A DNA stretch of 64,000 nt from an uncultured Rivularia sp. GTDB lineage: Bacteria > Cyanobacteriota > Cyanobacteriia > Cyanobacteriales > Nostocaceae. Of the stretch, positions 21,895 to 34,561 are shown in pieces; within the stretch, counting starts at the first letter, position 1, and every line of letters starts with the position of its first letter. Under the pieces are notes generated by a model. The model saw only the letters and a list, made by a program, of their open reading frames with translations. It searched no databases and was not told the DNA's origin. The position numbers and the translations under genes were made by a program. Location: NCBI GenBank assembly GCA_963665115.1, contig OY762007.1, forward strand, positions 8,576,001-8,640,000, written 5' to 3'.

Positions 21895-22662
21895 CTACAT
21901 AACGGGTTCTCCATCGAGAAATGTGAGCAACTCTCCCGGCTGAATTTGCGTCCAAACTTCGTTATCTGTCAGGGGTGTAGTTGCGATGACAGCAACTCTA
22001 TCGTTAGGACGAGTTAATTCGTTAAAATCTACCGTCACATCTTCATCGATTAAATGAGCAGCAGCAAAAGGTGCTTTGCGGACAATGTAACAAAGTTTGG
22101 TTGAACCGTGAGCAAAAAAGTGTTCGCCATCAGTTAATAAATAATTAAATATACCGTACTTAGCAATTCTGTCAGTGATTCTTCTCAGAATCGGGAGTAA
22201 TGCTTCTAAAGGTGGTTTCACCATCGGAAACTGCTGTCTCAAACTTTCTAAAATCAAGCAGAAAGCCTTTTCACTATCGGTAGTTCCTACAGGTTCGTAA
22301 AAATCCATAAATGGCAAATCAAAATCTTTCAAATCGCCATTATGAGCAAAAACCCAATGTCTACCCCATAATTCCCTACGGAAAGGATGACAGTTTTCTA
22401 AAACAATTTCACCTTGGGTTGCTTTACGAATGTGCGCGATCGCATGAGTCGAATGAATAGGATAGCGTCTGACAAAATCCGCAATCTGAGAATTAACGGA
22501 AGATTTAGCATCCATAAAAATCCGACAACCCTTTCCCTCAAAGAAAGCTATGCCCCAACCATCCTTATGATCGTCAGTTTTACCTCCCCTAGCTGAAAAG
22601 CCTTCAAAGGAAAAGCAAATATCAGTAGGTACATTGCAATTCATTCCCAGGAGTTGACACAT
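21895..22662 (-). CDS. Class II glutamine amidotransferase (YafJ-like)
   Basis: N-terminal nucleophile MCQLLG, DGWG, HIRKAT, NCHPF, FAHNG, TDSE. Confidence 0.93.
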   Translation of the reverse strand: MCQLLGMNCNVPTDICFSFEGFSARGGKTDDHKDGWGIAFFEGKGCRIFMDAKSSVNSQIADFVRRYPIHSTHAIAHIRKATQGEIVLENCHPFRRELWGRHWVFAHNGDLKDFDLPFMDFYEPVGTTDSEKAFCLILESLRQQFPMVKPPLEALLPILRRITDRIAKYGIFNYLLTDGEHFFAHGSTKLCYIVRKAPFAAAHLIDEDVTVDFNELTRPNDRVAVIATTPLTDNEVWTQIQPGELLTFLDGEPVM

Positions 22663-22673
22663 TTTTCAGTTAC

Positions 22674-22751
22674 TCAATTAACAATTATCAATTATCAATT
22701 ATCAGTCAACAGTTAACAGTTAGCAGTTAACAGTTATCAGTTAACAGTTAG
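22674..22751. repeat. Heptameric short tandem repeats (STRR-like)
   Basis: AATTATC and AGTTAAC/AGTTATC runs; similar arrays near 10425, 15220, 21815-21895, 23285, 24945, 25080 and 41425. Confidence 0.75.
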
Positions 22752-22817
22752 GAATGATTTGACAAGGTAGTTGAGGATTAATACAATACATTTGTTCTAT
22801 GTCTAGGATTAGCGGTT

Positions 22818-23237
22818 ATGGCAGCTGAATCAGTTCCTAACAATTATGAGATGAAATCTTTTGATATACAAGCTGCGCTAAAATCCTTGGGAAAACTCTC
22901 TGTTAACGAAGAAACTACAAATGATGAAGCTAGCGCGGCAATGAAAATTCTCAGCAGCTTTAATCAATGCATGGTTGGTATGGCAAGTTTTTCGGGTTTA
23001 ACACCTTGGGAGCGTCATCAAGACGATGAGCTGCTTCAAATTGTCGAAGGTGAAGTAGATGTTACTATTTTGGCTGAAGACGAAGTTCGCAAAATAACCC
23101 TTTATCCAGGTTCTGTATTTATAGTTCCACAAGGCTTATGGCACAATCAATCATCAACCCAAGGAGTAAAACTGATTTTCATCACCTCCCAAGAAGGAAA
23201 CGAAACTTCTGAAGAAGATCCCCGCATTAGTATGTGA
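22818..23237 (+). CDS. Cupin domain protein
   Basis: WERHQDDELLQIVEGEV ... PGSVFIVPQGLWH. Confidence 0.88.
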   Translation: MAAESVPNNYEMKSFDIQAALKSLGKLSVNEETTNDEASAAMKILSSFNQCMVGMASFSGLTPWERHQDDELLQIVEGEVDVTILAEDEVRKITLYPGSVFIVPQGLWHNQSSTQGVKLIFITSQEGNETSEEDPRISM

Positions 23238-23324
23238 TTTTGGATTTTAGATTTTAAAAGTGGGTACGTTGGTTTTAGTATTACCCATTACCCAATCCCC
23301 AATCCCCAATTCCCTAATTGAATA

Positions 23325-23946
23325 ATGATTGACGAAGGTTATACCAAATATCAGTGCAACTGGATTAATTCAGAGCCAGTAAGTTTCGATGAGATTGCAC
23401 AATTAAACCAATGGCGAAATCAACTTTATGAATTGGGTTTAATCGGTGAATATGATAATGGTATTGGTTTTGGGAATATCAGTATACGTTATTCTCAACC
23501 AGGGCAATTTATCATTTCTGGTACGCAAACTGGTAATTTATCGACTTTGAAGGAGCATCATTATACAACAGTTACTAATTTTGATTTAGAGCGCAACTTT
23601 TTAACTTGTTGCGGCCCCAATTCAGGCTTCTTCTGAATCTTTAACTCACGCTACCTTATATCAAGCAAACCCTACAGTTAATGCTGTTATTCACGTTCAT
23701 AATTTGGAACTGTGGCAGAAATTAATGTATAAAGTTCCGACAACTGAAGCAGAAATTTCCTATGGAACACCAGAAATGGCAAAGGAAATTCTCAGATTAT
23801 TCCGAGAAGATAATTTGATGAAGACAAAAATTTTAGTTATGTCTGGGCATGAAGAAGGTATTATTTGCTTTGGAAAAAACTTACAAGAAGCAGGAAATAT
23901 ACTTTTAGATAGATACAATCAGTTGATTATTACAAAACCAATGTAA
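23325..23946 (+). CDS. Class II aldolase/adducin family protein (apparent +1 frameshift at 23615-23618)
   Basis: GNISIR, ISGTQTG; removing one C gives CGPIQASSESLTHA...VIHVH, then YGTPEMA and MSGHEEG. Confidence 0.88.
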
Positions 23947-24189
23947 ATGTATCCCAAATTACATAATTTAGCACATAGTTAAACAATATTTTCCGGACAA
24001 ATAATATTTTCTTTAATCAATTTAAAGAAATAATTAATAGTTTGAATTTTAAAGGATTGAAACAACGCCTGTATATAAACTGTATCTCCCTGAAAATAGC
24101 TGTAGCAAGGGTTTGAAAAAGCGAGCATCTATTAAAAAAGTAGTTTAATATGGCATAAAAGAGCATTCATATTTCTTAACAAAAAAACA

Positions 24190-24966
24190 ATGCTTAATCC
24201 AGCTTTATGTCATCGCCCTGTTAGCCAGTGGCTTGAAATTAAGTCAGCGATCGCCCATTGGCTAATGACTCCAATTTTAGTAGTATTACCACTGCTATTT
24301 TTGATTTTCCTACCTTGGATTGTTCCCCGATTCCGTTGGAAACGTTTATGGAGTGGGTTTGGAACTTTATTATTAGTAACTTATTTTAGCGCTCAATTTC
24401 CTTTAACTACAGCCGTTGCAAATAAAGGTTTAGTTGCATTTGTTCCTCCAGATAGAGGTCAAACAGCAGATGCTATTGTTGTTTTAGGACGTGGAGGAGC
24501 TTTTAGAGATTCCAGAGTTAAGGTTGCTGCAAATCTTTGGGAATCGCAAAGAGCGCCTTTAATTTTCGCCAGCGGCTCTGGTGATGGAACCGAAATAGTT
24601 AATAAATTAGAAAACATTGGTATTCCCTCACAGGCTCTTGAGGAAGAACATTGTTCTCAAACAACTAAAGAAAACGCCTTATTTACCGCCTCGGTGCTAC
24701 AACCTCAAGGAATAAAGAAAATTATCCTAGTCACAGATCCTCCTCATATGTTGCGATCGCTCTTAACATTTCGCAACGTCGGGTTTGAAGTGATTCCCCA
24801 TAAAAGCCCCGTTCCCCATTTAACACAAACTAGAAAAGCAATGATGATGTTGTATGAGTATATGGGCTTAGTCAAATATGGTTTGAAAGGAGAATTTGTT
24901 CCTCAAAACATGGCTAAACAAGAGCAACCGCAAATTATAGGTCAAAGGTTAAAGGTTAGAGGTTAA
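24190..24966 (+). CDS. YdcF/DUF218 family protein
   Basis: DAIVVLG, SQTTKENA, LVTDPPHMLRS, YEYMG. Confidence 0.9.
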   Translation: MLNPALCHRPVSQWLEIKSAIAHWLMTPILVVLPLLFLIFLPWIVPRFRWKRLWSGFGTLLLVTYFSAQFPLTTAVANKGLVAFVPPDRGQTADAIVVLGRGGAFRDSRVKVAANLWESQRAPLIFASGSGDGTEIVNKLENIGIPSQALEEEHCSQTTKENALFTASVLQPQGIKKIILVTDPPHMLRSLLTFRNVGFEVIPHKSPVPHLTQTRKAMMMLYEYMGLVKYGLKGEFVPQNMAKQEQPQIIGQRLKVRG

Positions 24967-25026
24967 AGGTTAAAGGTTAATTAATTCTAAAGCTTGAAGT
25001 TAACAATTAAATAAAATATTACTTAT

Positions 25027-25060
25027 TAAGGGTGCAATCTTTGGCAGCACCCTTATTTTT
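25027..25060 (+). terminator. Putative intrinsic terminator
   Basis: TAAGGGTGC-loop-GCACCCTTA stem followed by T5, downstream of the YdcF gene. Confidence 0.55.
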
Positions 25061-25190
25061 GTGAATAAATTAACTCCCAATTTTCAATTCCCAATCCCCA
25101 ATGCCCAATCCCCTATTCCCAAATTCCAAAAGATGCTATTGTATTTGATTGTCCACACTTTAGTACAATAGAACTATTTAACTCAGGTAT

Positions 25191-26640
25191 ATGTCGGATT
25201 TAATTTTGTTTTGGCATCGTCGCGATTTACGGATTTCTGATAATACTGGAATAGCGGCTGCATTAGAAAAAACTGGTAAGGTGGTGGGTGTTTTCTGTCT
25301 CGATCCTAATATTCTCAAAGGGGATGATGTTGCGGCGGTTAGGGTAACATATATGATTGGCTGTTTGCAGAAGCTTCAAGAAAGATACGCGCAAATGGGT
25401 AGCCAATTATTGATACTTTGGGATAATCCAGTGAAAGCAATTCCTAAATTGGCAGGTGCTTTACAGGCTAAGGCTGTATTTTGGAATTGGGATGTGGAAC
25501 CATATTCTCAACAGCGAGATGCAGACGTTATCGATGCGCTTCAAGAACAAAGTATTGAATATTTGGAAAAGAATTGGGATCAATTATTAAAAACACCAGA
25601 AGAAATACGCACGGGTTCTAATACTCCTTACACAGTTTATACTCCTTTCTGGAAAAATTGGATTAGTAAACCGAAAGATTCTCCTGTAGAAATAGCCGAT
25701 CGATTCGAGGGTTTGACGGCAGAAGAGAAAGAAACAGCGATTAAAGCGGGAGCAGTTGAATTACCAACAGCGAAGGATTTAGGATTTAACTGGGATGAAG
25801 AATTAATTATTGAACCTGGGGAAGAAGCAGCGCTGCTGAGGTTAGAAGAATTTTGTTATAGCAATATTAATGAGTATCAAGAACAAAGAAACTTTCCGGC
25901 AATTGATGGTACATCAAGATTAAGTGCAGCTTTAAAATTTGGTGTAATAGGAATTCGTACAGTTTGGCAAGCCACTGAAGACGCTTTAGAAAATAGCCGC
26001 AGCGACGAGTTAGAAAATAATATTCGTACTTGGCAAAAAGAAATCGCATGGCGAGAATTTTATCAACACGCAATGTATAATTTTCCGGAATTAGCATCGG
26101 GTGCTTATCGTGATGCTTTCAAAAACTTTCCTTGGCAAGATAACGATGAACATTTTCAAGCTTGGTGTGAAGGAAAAACCGGATATCCGATTGTTGATGC
26201 AGCCATGCGGCAATTAAATCAAATGGGCTGGATGCATAATCGCTGTCGGATGATTGTTGCAAGTTTTTTGACGAAAGATTTACTATTAAATCCCCAATTA
26301 GGCGAAAAATACTTTATGCAAAGACTAATTGATGGGGATTTATCTTCTAATAATGGTGGTTGGCAATGGAGCGCTTCCAGTGGAATGGACCCCCAAACCA
26401 GTAAGAATTTTCAACCCTGCATCTCAAGCCCAAAAATTTGATTGTGAAGGTGAATATATTCGGCAATGGGTGCCAGAATTAAGTTCAATGGATGCCGAGT
26501 ATTTAGTAACAGGAAAAATTACACCTTTAGAACGTCAAGCTGTTGGTTATCCCGAACCAATTGTAGAACATAAAAAGCAGCAGAAAATGTTTAAGGAGAT
26601 GTATAAGAATGAGAAACAGAAAATTGAAACATTAGGGTAA
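25191..26640 (+). CDS. phrA: CPD DNA photolyase (apparent +1 frameshift at 26390-26394)
   Basis: [52 protein letters not shown]; removing one C restores [11 protein letters not shown]. Confidence 0.95.
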
Positions 26641-26674
26641 ACATAATTAAGGCATCTGTACCTTCATTGTGCCA

Positions 26675-26771
26675 GAGCTTAATTTTCCCCCTTCCCTGCG
26701 AGGGAAGGGGGGTAGGGGGGTTAGGTGTTTGCGTAAATTTGAAACCATATAATGTTTTCCGGAGATGTCTA
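26675..26771 (-). mobile_element. Partial inverted copy of the 15260-15462 MITE
   Basis: Reverse complement reads TAGACATCTCCGGAAAACATT...CCTAACCCCCCTACCCCCTTCCCT...GGGGGAAAATTAAGC, collinear with 15260-15355. Confidence 0.8.
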
Positions 26772-27093
26772 TTAGGTTTACTGACTCCTATCGCGTTAGG
26801 TAGTATTTCGATTCTGAAACGCAGTAAAAAGCAACAACCATAAAGTTTTCCGCTTTTTTTAAGGTGATTTTTTTGACTTACTCAAAATACAAGTATAAAA
26901 ACTCTGCGTTCCGCCGCGCTTACCTTTTTATTCCTTTGCGTTAAATACATTGATTCTTGTGTCCTAATTCTACGTTTAATTACTACTAAGCATAAATATT
27001 TGATTCAACCCGCGAAGTGTCATAAACAACTCACACCAAGATATATATCTAAGGAATGATGTATATATTGTGTTCTACAGGGTGAGTTACATT

Positions 27094-30000
27094 ATGTCAT
27101 CCAAATCTAATCGCCCGCTTAATTTTGAAGTCAGGCTTCCTTCCGAACATCCCGAGTTGTTGCAAGGGTTTGATGAATGGTTGCGCTTAAATTTGATATC
27201 TGATAGTCAAGTTAAGCAGATATGCCAACAACATCTAGTTTGTCAGGTAGTTTTACAGCCTCAAACTGTACCTATAAGGCAAGCCCAGACGGTTGCAGCC
27301 GCACCTCGTATTGCGGAAAAACCACCAAGTACTGCTACGCCTAACTTACTCAGTACCATGTGGCGATCGCTGCGGGAAGAATTCAGCGTTCGTTGGCTGC
27401 TCTTTTTGGGAATGTTTACTGTAGTAGTTTCTTCTGGTGCGCTTGCTGCAAGTCAATGGGAAAGATTTACGGCTCTTTTTCAATACGGGATTTTATTTGC
27501 TTATACCGTATTGTTCTTTGGGCTGAGTTTCTGGACTGGTATACAAGCAAATTTACGGTTGACGAGTGGCGCTTTGCATATTGTCACAATGCTACTCATT
27601 CCAATCAACTTTTGGGCAATGGATAGTTTTGGTTTGTGGCAGAATCCGATAAACTTGGTTTTAACTGGTATTGCTTCAATTATTTTGACGAGAATAACTG
27701 CATTACTCTCCAAGCAGTCAATATTTGCCGGAAGTGTTCCAGTTAGTAAATTATCTCTTATAAATATTCTCGGATTAAGTTACCTGCATTGGGGTTGGAA
27801 GTTTTCCGGATTCCCTTTAATTGCAGTTTATTTAGCTTTTATAGGAACAACTATAATTACCGTTTTTCAAAATCTTCAATCTGCTAGGAAAGAGGGGGAA
27901 GAGGGGGGAGAAGGGGTAGAAGGGGTAGAAAAAAACAAATCTCAATTTTCTTGGGGTAAAAATGTACCTGCTGCCGTAATTATTTACTCCTCGATAATCT
28001 TGTTAATAAGAGCAATTATTGGTGCTGGAATAAACGTTGCTCAATTAGGTTTAGCTATTGGCATTTGCGGATGGTTAATAGCTTGGTTAGCCCAGCGCGA
28101 AGATAAAGAGAAAAGAAGACAACGAGACAAAAAAACTTCTACCCCCTCTACCCCCTCTCCCTCTCTCCCCACCTTCCCTTCCCAAGCAATCGGCAGCATC
28201 TTATTATTCCTCGGTTGGTTTGTAACAGTTTGGAGTAACCCTTTACAAGCTTTTGCTGTCAGCGGTTTGAGTTTGTGGTTTTTCCACAGTCGCTTGCATT
28301 TATACGGTTTAAAGAGAGATTTAACCGCTTTCTTCGTGATTGGCTTGCAGTCAATGAGCTTGGGTTGGCGATTATTACCCTATGCATTTCACTCTTCGAT
28401 CATTACAACTGCTGCTCAACTTACTAATTCTCAAGATAATCCTTGGGCATTATTGAGCGTCGGGTTATTTCCCTACATCATATTTATGGTAGCGTTTACA
28501 GATAATTTGAGACGCAAAGCACAACCCGTAAGGCTTTCCCGTAACCAGCAAAGTAATTTTAAACCCAGCGAGCAAAACACATTTGATAAATCCAGCGAGC
28601 AAAGTAATTTTAAATCCAGCGAGCAAGATGTTTGTCCTTCGGACACGCTACGCGAACGCACTACAAATAAACTTGATTTAGCAAGCTTTGGCGAAATATT
28701 AACGTTAATCTTAGGAATTGCTTTAACCGCAATAGCATTAGAAAACCCTGCATTACGTTCCCTAAACTTACTTTTATCTACCATCACACTCTTTATCGTC
28801 ACCCACCAAAAATTCAATCAAATAATTTCTCCCCCCTCTCCCCCCTCTCCCCCCTCTTTCTCCTCCCTTTATCCCCTCACCTACCTAACTCACATCACCG
28901 CAATACTCACCCTTTTCTCCTGGATAAATTTATTCTTCCCCAGTCTTTCACCACAAGTTTGGGCGGTTGTTTGTTTGGTTGTGATGGTAGCAGAGTGGTT
29001 ATTTAGCGTTGGTGAGACTACTCGCGTGGGGTCGTCTCCCTCCGTTGAGCGAAGTGGCAAACCCGAAGGGTGATGGAGTTTGGCGACGTAGTGCATGGCA
29101 CATGGGTTTGGCACTTGCGGGTTTGAGTTATTTGCTGTTGTTGACGAATCTAGAATCAACTTGGAATGGTATTTATATAAGTCAATCAAGTTGGGGATTG
29201 ACTTGGTTAGTTACACCTTTAACGCTGACGATTATTGCTAGTCGCAACAGGGAAGGAAAAGAGAATAAGCAAAAAATTAGTGTTTTAGTGGTCATATTGG
29301 CTCAATTTTTAGCTTTAACTCTACCTGGCACGAGATTAATCGGTTTAGCTGTTGGTACGGCGGTGATGTTTGTGAATACAAGATACCTAAAAGATCGAAA
29401 ATATGCGGTAATTACGGTAGGTTTTGGTTTAAGTTTGATCGCTGCTGCGGTATGGGAAAGTGTTTCTTTATCCTATGCAGGTTGGTTTGTATTAACTGCG
29501 ATTATTATTCTGTGTTTGTGGTTAATTCGCAAATTGTTGCAGCGAGGAAATGAATTAGCAAGTATATATGCAGTCGCTACAGATTTTTGGGCAAGTACGC
29601 TTTGCGGTATCGAGTTATTACTGTTAAGCATTCATGCAATATCGATTTACTTGTTTGCGGAATCTAATATCTTATTGTGTGCAATTTCCGCTGTTATTAT
29701 TTTAGTAGCTTTATCTTTTCGCCATTTTTACGAATTCACAAACTGGACGTTTTACGGTATTGGGTGGAGCGTAGAATTACTAGAATTGTACCTGATTGAA
29801 ATATTGGAATTTGGTGTTTATGAAGTTACTAATGATGGCTCACCCCAACTTATTTATCTTGCGATCGCGAATATTTGTTTAGGTTTAATTACGCAATTAA
29901 TCGGTGAATGGTTGCAAAGTAAGCACTATTCTGGAAAACTTCCCAACCGCTGGCATATTCTACCATTGTTATATGCGGGTTTCGGGGTATTACTGCGTTG

Positions 30001-31285
30001 GAGTATCTTTGATAGCTGGACTGGTTTATCGACGCTGGCTGTTGCTTGGATTGTAATTAGTATCGGAAGACGCAATCTAAAATTAAAACCGCTGCTGTAC
30101 TTAGGACTTTTCGGCGTATCAATAGCTGCATACGAACTGTTAATTTATCAACTCACGCAAGCGTCGGGTGGTGCGGTTGGTGATGGTTGGATAATTTTGG
30201 CTACACTTGCTACATTTATTGCCTATGGTTATCGTTTATTATCCCGCTGGTTGACAAGTTATCTAAAACTCAGTTCCCAAGAATTGAAAATATTTGCTCA
30301 TTTTCATTGGGCTTTGGGTAGCGTGTTATTAATAGCAACATTGGGTAATCCTGTAGAAGCTTATAAATTGGCATTAGCAACGGGATTATTATTAAGTTGT
30401 TATGCGATATTTCAAGGAAGAGATAGCAATCAATTATTATCGCAACCAAATTCGAGAAATATTACAGAAGCAGATATTTGGGTTTACATAGGTTTAATAC
30501 AAATTGCTGTTTTCAGATATTTTATTCCACCAGCTTCAATAGTCAGCGTTTTCTTCCAACAAATACGCCCTTGGATAGCAGGGGTTTCCTGTATAGTAGG
30601 CTATTTCGTCTACATTTTACCCTGGGAGCGTTGGGGCTGGCGCAAAAAACCTTGGCAAGTAACAGCATATATTCTTCCCTTATTTTACTTGTGGGAAACC
30701 AGAATACAAATTTATTCTATTTCCTTATTACTTGTAGCTGCTTACTATATTTTCATCGCTAAAATTACCACAAAATTCCGCTTTACCTATATTAGTTTGG
30801 CGTTAGCAAATTGGGTTTTGTGGCGTTGGTTTATCGATTTAAATTTAACCGATGCTTTGTGGTACATTTCCTCAGTCGGTTTATCTTTGTTATATATCGC
30901 TCAATTCGATCCGCAACTCAAGCTACCGCAGCATAAAGCATATCGTCACGGGTTAAGAATTTTTGCTAGTGGAATGATTTGTGGATATGCGACTGTATTT
31001 CATCAAAATCAATTTTGGATACCGGGAATTTTAAGTTTAATTGCCATATTTACGGGATTGGGATTAAGAATACGCGCCTTTTTGTATATTGGCACGGCAA
31101 CATTTTTAATTACAGCTTTCTATCACCTAGTAATATTTACCTTAGATTATCCTTTTCTTAAATGGGTAATAGGTTTGCTAGTGGGAATTACATTGATTTT
31201 CATTGCAGCCAACTTTGAAAGTCGCCGTCAGCAGTTGAATTCTCTACTTAGCAATATTAATAGTGAATTTAAAGAATGGGAATGA
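27094..31285 (+). CDS. Large polytopic membrane protein (DUF2157-like) carrying several repeat insertions; apparent +1 frameshift at 29028-29031
   Basis: N-terminal WLRLNLIS, SVRWLLFLG, LLIPINFWAMD; many TM segments; C-terminal RIRAFLYIG...AANFESRR; the two ORFs join if one G is removed. Confidence 0.8.
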
Positions 31286-31372
31286 ATTTTTTAAATAAGT
31301 GTTGTGATAAACATTATTCACGCTTTGTTACCTTTTACCTATTCCCTCTTTTTAAGTATTTAATCTCGCATA

Positions 31373-31738
31373 CTAGTACTTGCCCACGATAATTCTGCGG
31401 GGTGTTGGGAGTGCGAGCATCTTGCTCGCTAGCTTCCAACAGGGAGCGAGACGCTCCCACTACATTTTTATTACCCCGCAAAACTTATGTGGCGCAATAC
31501 TAGTAGTCCTTTTCATTTGTTTTAATGGGTTGTAGAGACGTAGCAGTGCTACGTCTCCCGACGTTAGGTCGAAAACGTACCCCTCAGAATTTATGCAATC
31601 AACTACTAGTATTCCACCACATTAATTTTGCGGGGTTAATAATTGTTCGTAGTTGCGCTTCAGCGCCTCATATTCCAGTATCCGGAGGCGCTGAAGCGCA
31701 ACTACGTACCCCTCAGAATTAATGTGGTGGAGTACTAG
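31373..31738. mobile_element. Three tandem CTAG-bounded MITE-like units, each with a different internal palindrome
   Basis: CTAG at 31373, 31500, 31606 and 31735; unit 3 TIRs CTAGTATTCCACCACATTAATT ... AATTAATGTGGTGGAGTACTAG. Confidence 0.75.
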
Positions 31739-31941
31739 GAACGGAATAAGTAAAATAAATTATAATTTGATACAAAAAAACATTTTTAGTATCGCAATAG
31801 CTTAATAACTGCTAACAGTCATTAGGTTAACAATAAATCAATAAGTTCTTATTTATACTAGTAAATAGCACTTTATTTTATTGTTCGGAGTAAATATAAG
31901 GTTTGCTAAATAACCTTTTTACTTAAGAGTAAAGCCTAAAA

Positions 31942-33829
31942 ATGCAAATTGAAAACGATCGGTACCCAAATCCACAAAAGCAAGGAAACTTTAGTGGTTG
32001 TTTGATTACAATTGTATTATTCTTTTTATTCTTAGGTTTTTTCCCTTTATTTAATAGTCCGAGCAAAACAGAAGTTCCCTACAGTCAGTTTCGGAATCAA
32101 GTAAGGGCAGGAAAAGTAGGCAAAGTTATAGTAAAAGATGACATTGTAGAATATTTTCTGAAAACTGATTTAGATAAAGCCAAAAAATCTGAATCTGGTA
32201 AATTAACTCGTCCGGAGAAAGCCTACGTTACAATTCCTTTACCAGAAGACCAAACTTTACCAAAGTTATTAGAAGACAATAACGTGGAATTTGGGGTTCG
32301 TTCCAATGGTGGAGGTAACTGGATATTCACAGCTTTAGGTTGGGTTATTCCGCCATTTTTATTCTTTTTGATAATAGCTTGGTTTGCTAACCGCGCTCAA
32401 GGTGGAGGAGATAGTTCAAACCCTCTAAGCGTTGGAAAAAGCAAAGCTAGAGTTTACTTCGGAGACAGTGGAGATAGAGTCACCTTTGCTGATGTCGCTG
32501 GAATTGATGAAGCTTCTTCAGAATTACAAGAAGTAGTAGATTTTCTCAAAAATCCCGATCGATATACTCAAATAGGGGCAAAAATTCCTAAAGGAGTTTT
32601 GTTAGTAGGGGCCGCCAGGAACTGGTAAAACCCTTTTAGCTAAAGCAGTTGCCGGAGAAGCTGGAGTTCCGTTTCTTAATGTCTCCGGTTCTGAATTTAT
32701 GGAGATGTTTGTAGGGGTAGGTGCTGCAAGAGTCCGAGATTTGTTTGAACAAGCCAAGCAGTTGTCTCCCTGTATTGTATTTATCGATGAATTAGATGCT
32801 CTGGGTAAGTCTAGAAGTGGTTCTGGAATGTTTGCTTCGAGCAATGAAGAACGCGAACAAACTTTGAATCAGATGTTGACTCAGATGGATGGTTTTGAAC
32901 CAAATACAGGAATAATTATCATTGCTGCAACTAACCGACCGGAAATATTAGACCAAGCCTTGCTTCGTCCGGGACGTTTTGATAGACAAGTAGTTGTAGA
33001 TCGTCCAGACAGGCTGGGACGTTTGGCGATTCTAAAAGTGCATACGCAAAAAGTTAGGTTACACGAGAACATAGACTTAAGTATAATTGCAGCACGTACA
33101 CCCGGTTTTGCAGGTGCAGATTTAGCTAATTTGATCAATGAAGCTGCGCTGTTAGCTGCAAGAGAGCATCGAGAAGCCGTAACGATGGCAGATTTTAATC
33201 AAGCCTTAGAAAGGTTAATTGCAGGTTTAGAGAAAAAAACCCGCGTACTAAACGAAAAAGAAAGAGAAATCGTTGCTTATCACGAATGCGGTCATGCAAT
33301 AGTTGGTGCATTAGTATCAGGTGAAGTAGAAAAAATTTCTATTGTCCCAAGAGGAACAAGTGCTTTAGGCTACACATTGCAGCTACCAGGAGAAGACCGC
33401 TTTTTGATGTTAGAAGGGGAAGTTCGCGCTAGAATTACCACTTTGTTAGCTGGACGTAGTGCTGAAGAAGTCGTTTTTGGTCAGGTTTCCACAGGGGCAA
33501 GCGACGACATTCAAAAAGCAACCGATTTAGCCGAAAAAGCAGTTACGCTTTACGGTATGAGTAAGAATCTAGGACCGATCGCATTAGAAAAACCACAATC
33601 TTCATTTTTAGATGGTTCGCTAAATTCTCGTCGTCCTGTAAGCTCAATAGTAGCAGCAGCGATTGACACAGAAGTCAGAGAAATTATTGAAAACGCCCAT
33701 CATCAAGCACAATTAATTCTTAAAACTAATCGCGACTTACTTGAAGAAATGACCCAACATCTTCTAGAACATGAAGTCTTAGAAGGAGATATTTTGCGTT
33801 CCTATTTAGATAGAGTACAGGCAGTGTAG
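31942..33829 (+). CDS. ftsH: ATP-dependent zinc metalloprotease FtsH (apparent +1 frameshift at 32608-32611)
   Basis: Two TMs; restored Walker [10 protein letters not shown], Walker [25 protein letters not shown]. Confidence 0.96.
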
Positions 33830-34147
33830 GGGAGTTGATACTGTTGCAAGACTTTTTATGCAACCAGCATAAATTTCTTGAATTTCGCTTCTTTTCTCCC
33901 TATTTTTTTTAAATAATTAGTAGTAATAGTTGTATAAATAATGTACTAGATTTGCAGCCGACTCACTTGAGTGTTTTGTCTCAGTTGCAGGATTGGCAAT
34001 GGGTAGACTACGAAAACTATTGTGCGCTGTTTTATGCTCAGGCGATCGCCACTACTTTTCCTGACGCTAAAATTTACATTGAATTTCCCGAAATGCTGGG
34101 ATTGGGATACCGTACCATTCAAGCCAAGCGAACTTCCGATATAGCGC

Positions 34148-34262
34148 TCACATCCACATGGGAAAGGGGTTAAGTCGATCTACAGTCAGTGGTTCATGCA
34201 ACCATCCCATTTTCACCGGGACATCATAAAGTCGTCCAGGTGCTAATCTTTTCCACAGATGA
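34148..34262 (-). pseudogene. C-terminal remnant of a YcaO/TOMM cyclodehydratase
   Basis: HLWKRLAPGRLYDVPVKMGWLHEPLTVDRLNPFPMWM* resembles the Pro-rich C-terminus of PatD/TruD-type enzymes; upstream frames contain stops. Confidence 0.6.
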
Positions 34263-34561
34263 TTGCCAGATTTATCGGGGATTGTGCGAGATTTTGCATC
34301 ATTCCAGAAAATGTAGAAATATAAAATTTCATCGGGGGGAGTCTCAAATATCATTCCCTTCCCTGCTGGAAGAGATGTTGGAAAAATTTCCTCAATGCTG
34401 GAATGTTTGGGCTAACGTAGGGCGATCGCTGAAGCTCAAGGCGAGTATTTACTTTTTGTAAATTGTTGATATTTTTGTCGTAAAGATGATGGTGAATCAT
34501 CAAACAACCAATCAAACCGTTGATTTATAAGACCGGGAATTTTGTCTATAGTCTTATTTAA

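Noticed and set aside
28545..28630. CCAGCGAGCAA repeats as a mini-CRISPR
   Set aside because: Only three short units at 24-27 bp spacing inside a CDS, with spacers related to each other
31525..31722. Short ORFs 31525..31722, 34620..34805 and 36797..37051
   Set aside because: They are largely translations of palindromic repeat or MITE DNA (e.g. shared GAEAQLRT)
25191..33829. Photolyase, ftsH and other split genes as true pseudogenes
   Set aside because: A single homopolymer correction restores each full protein with no other decay; the pattern is systematic
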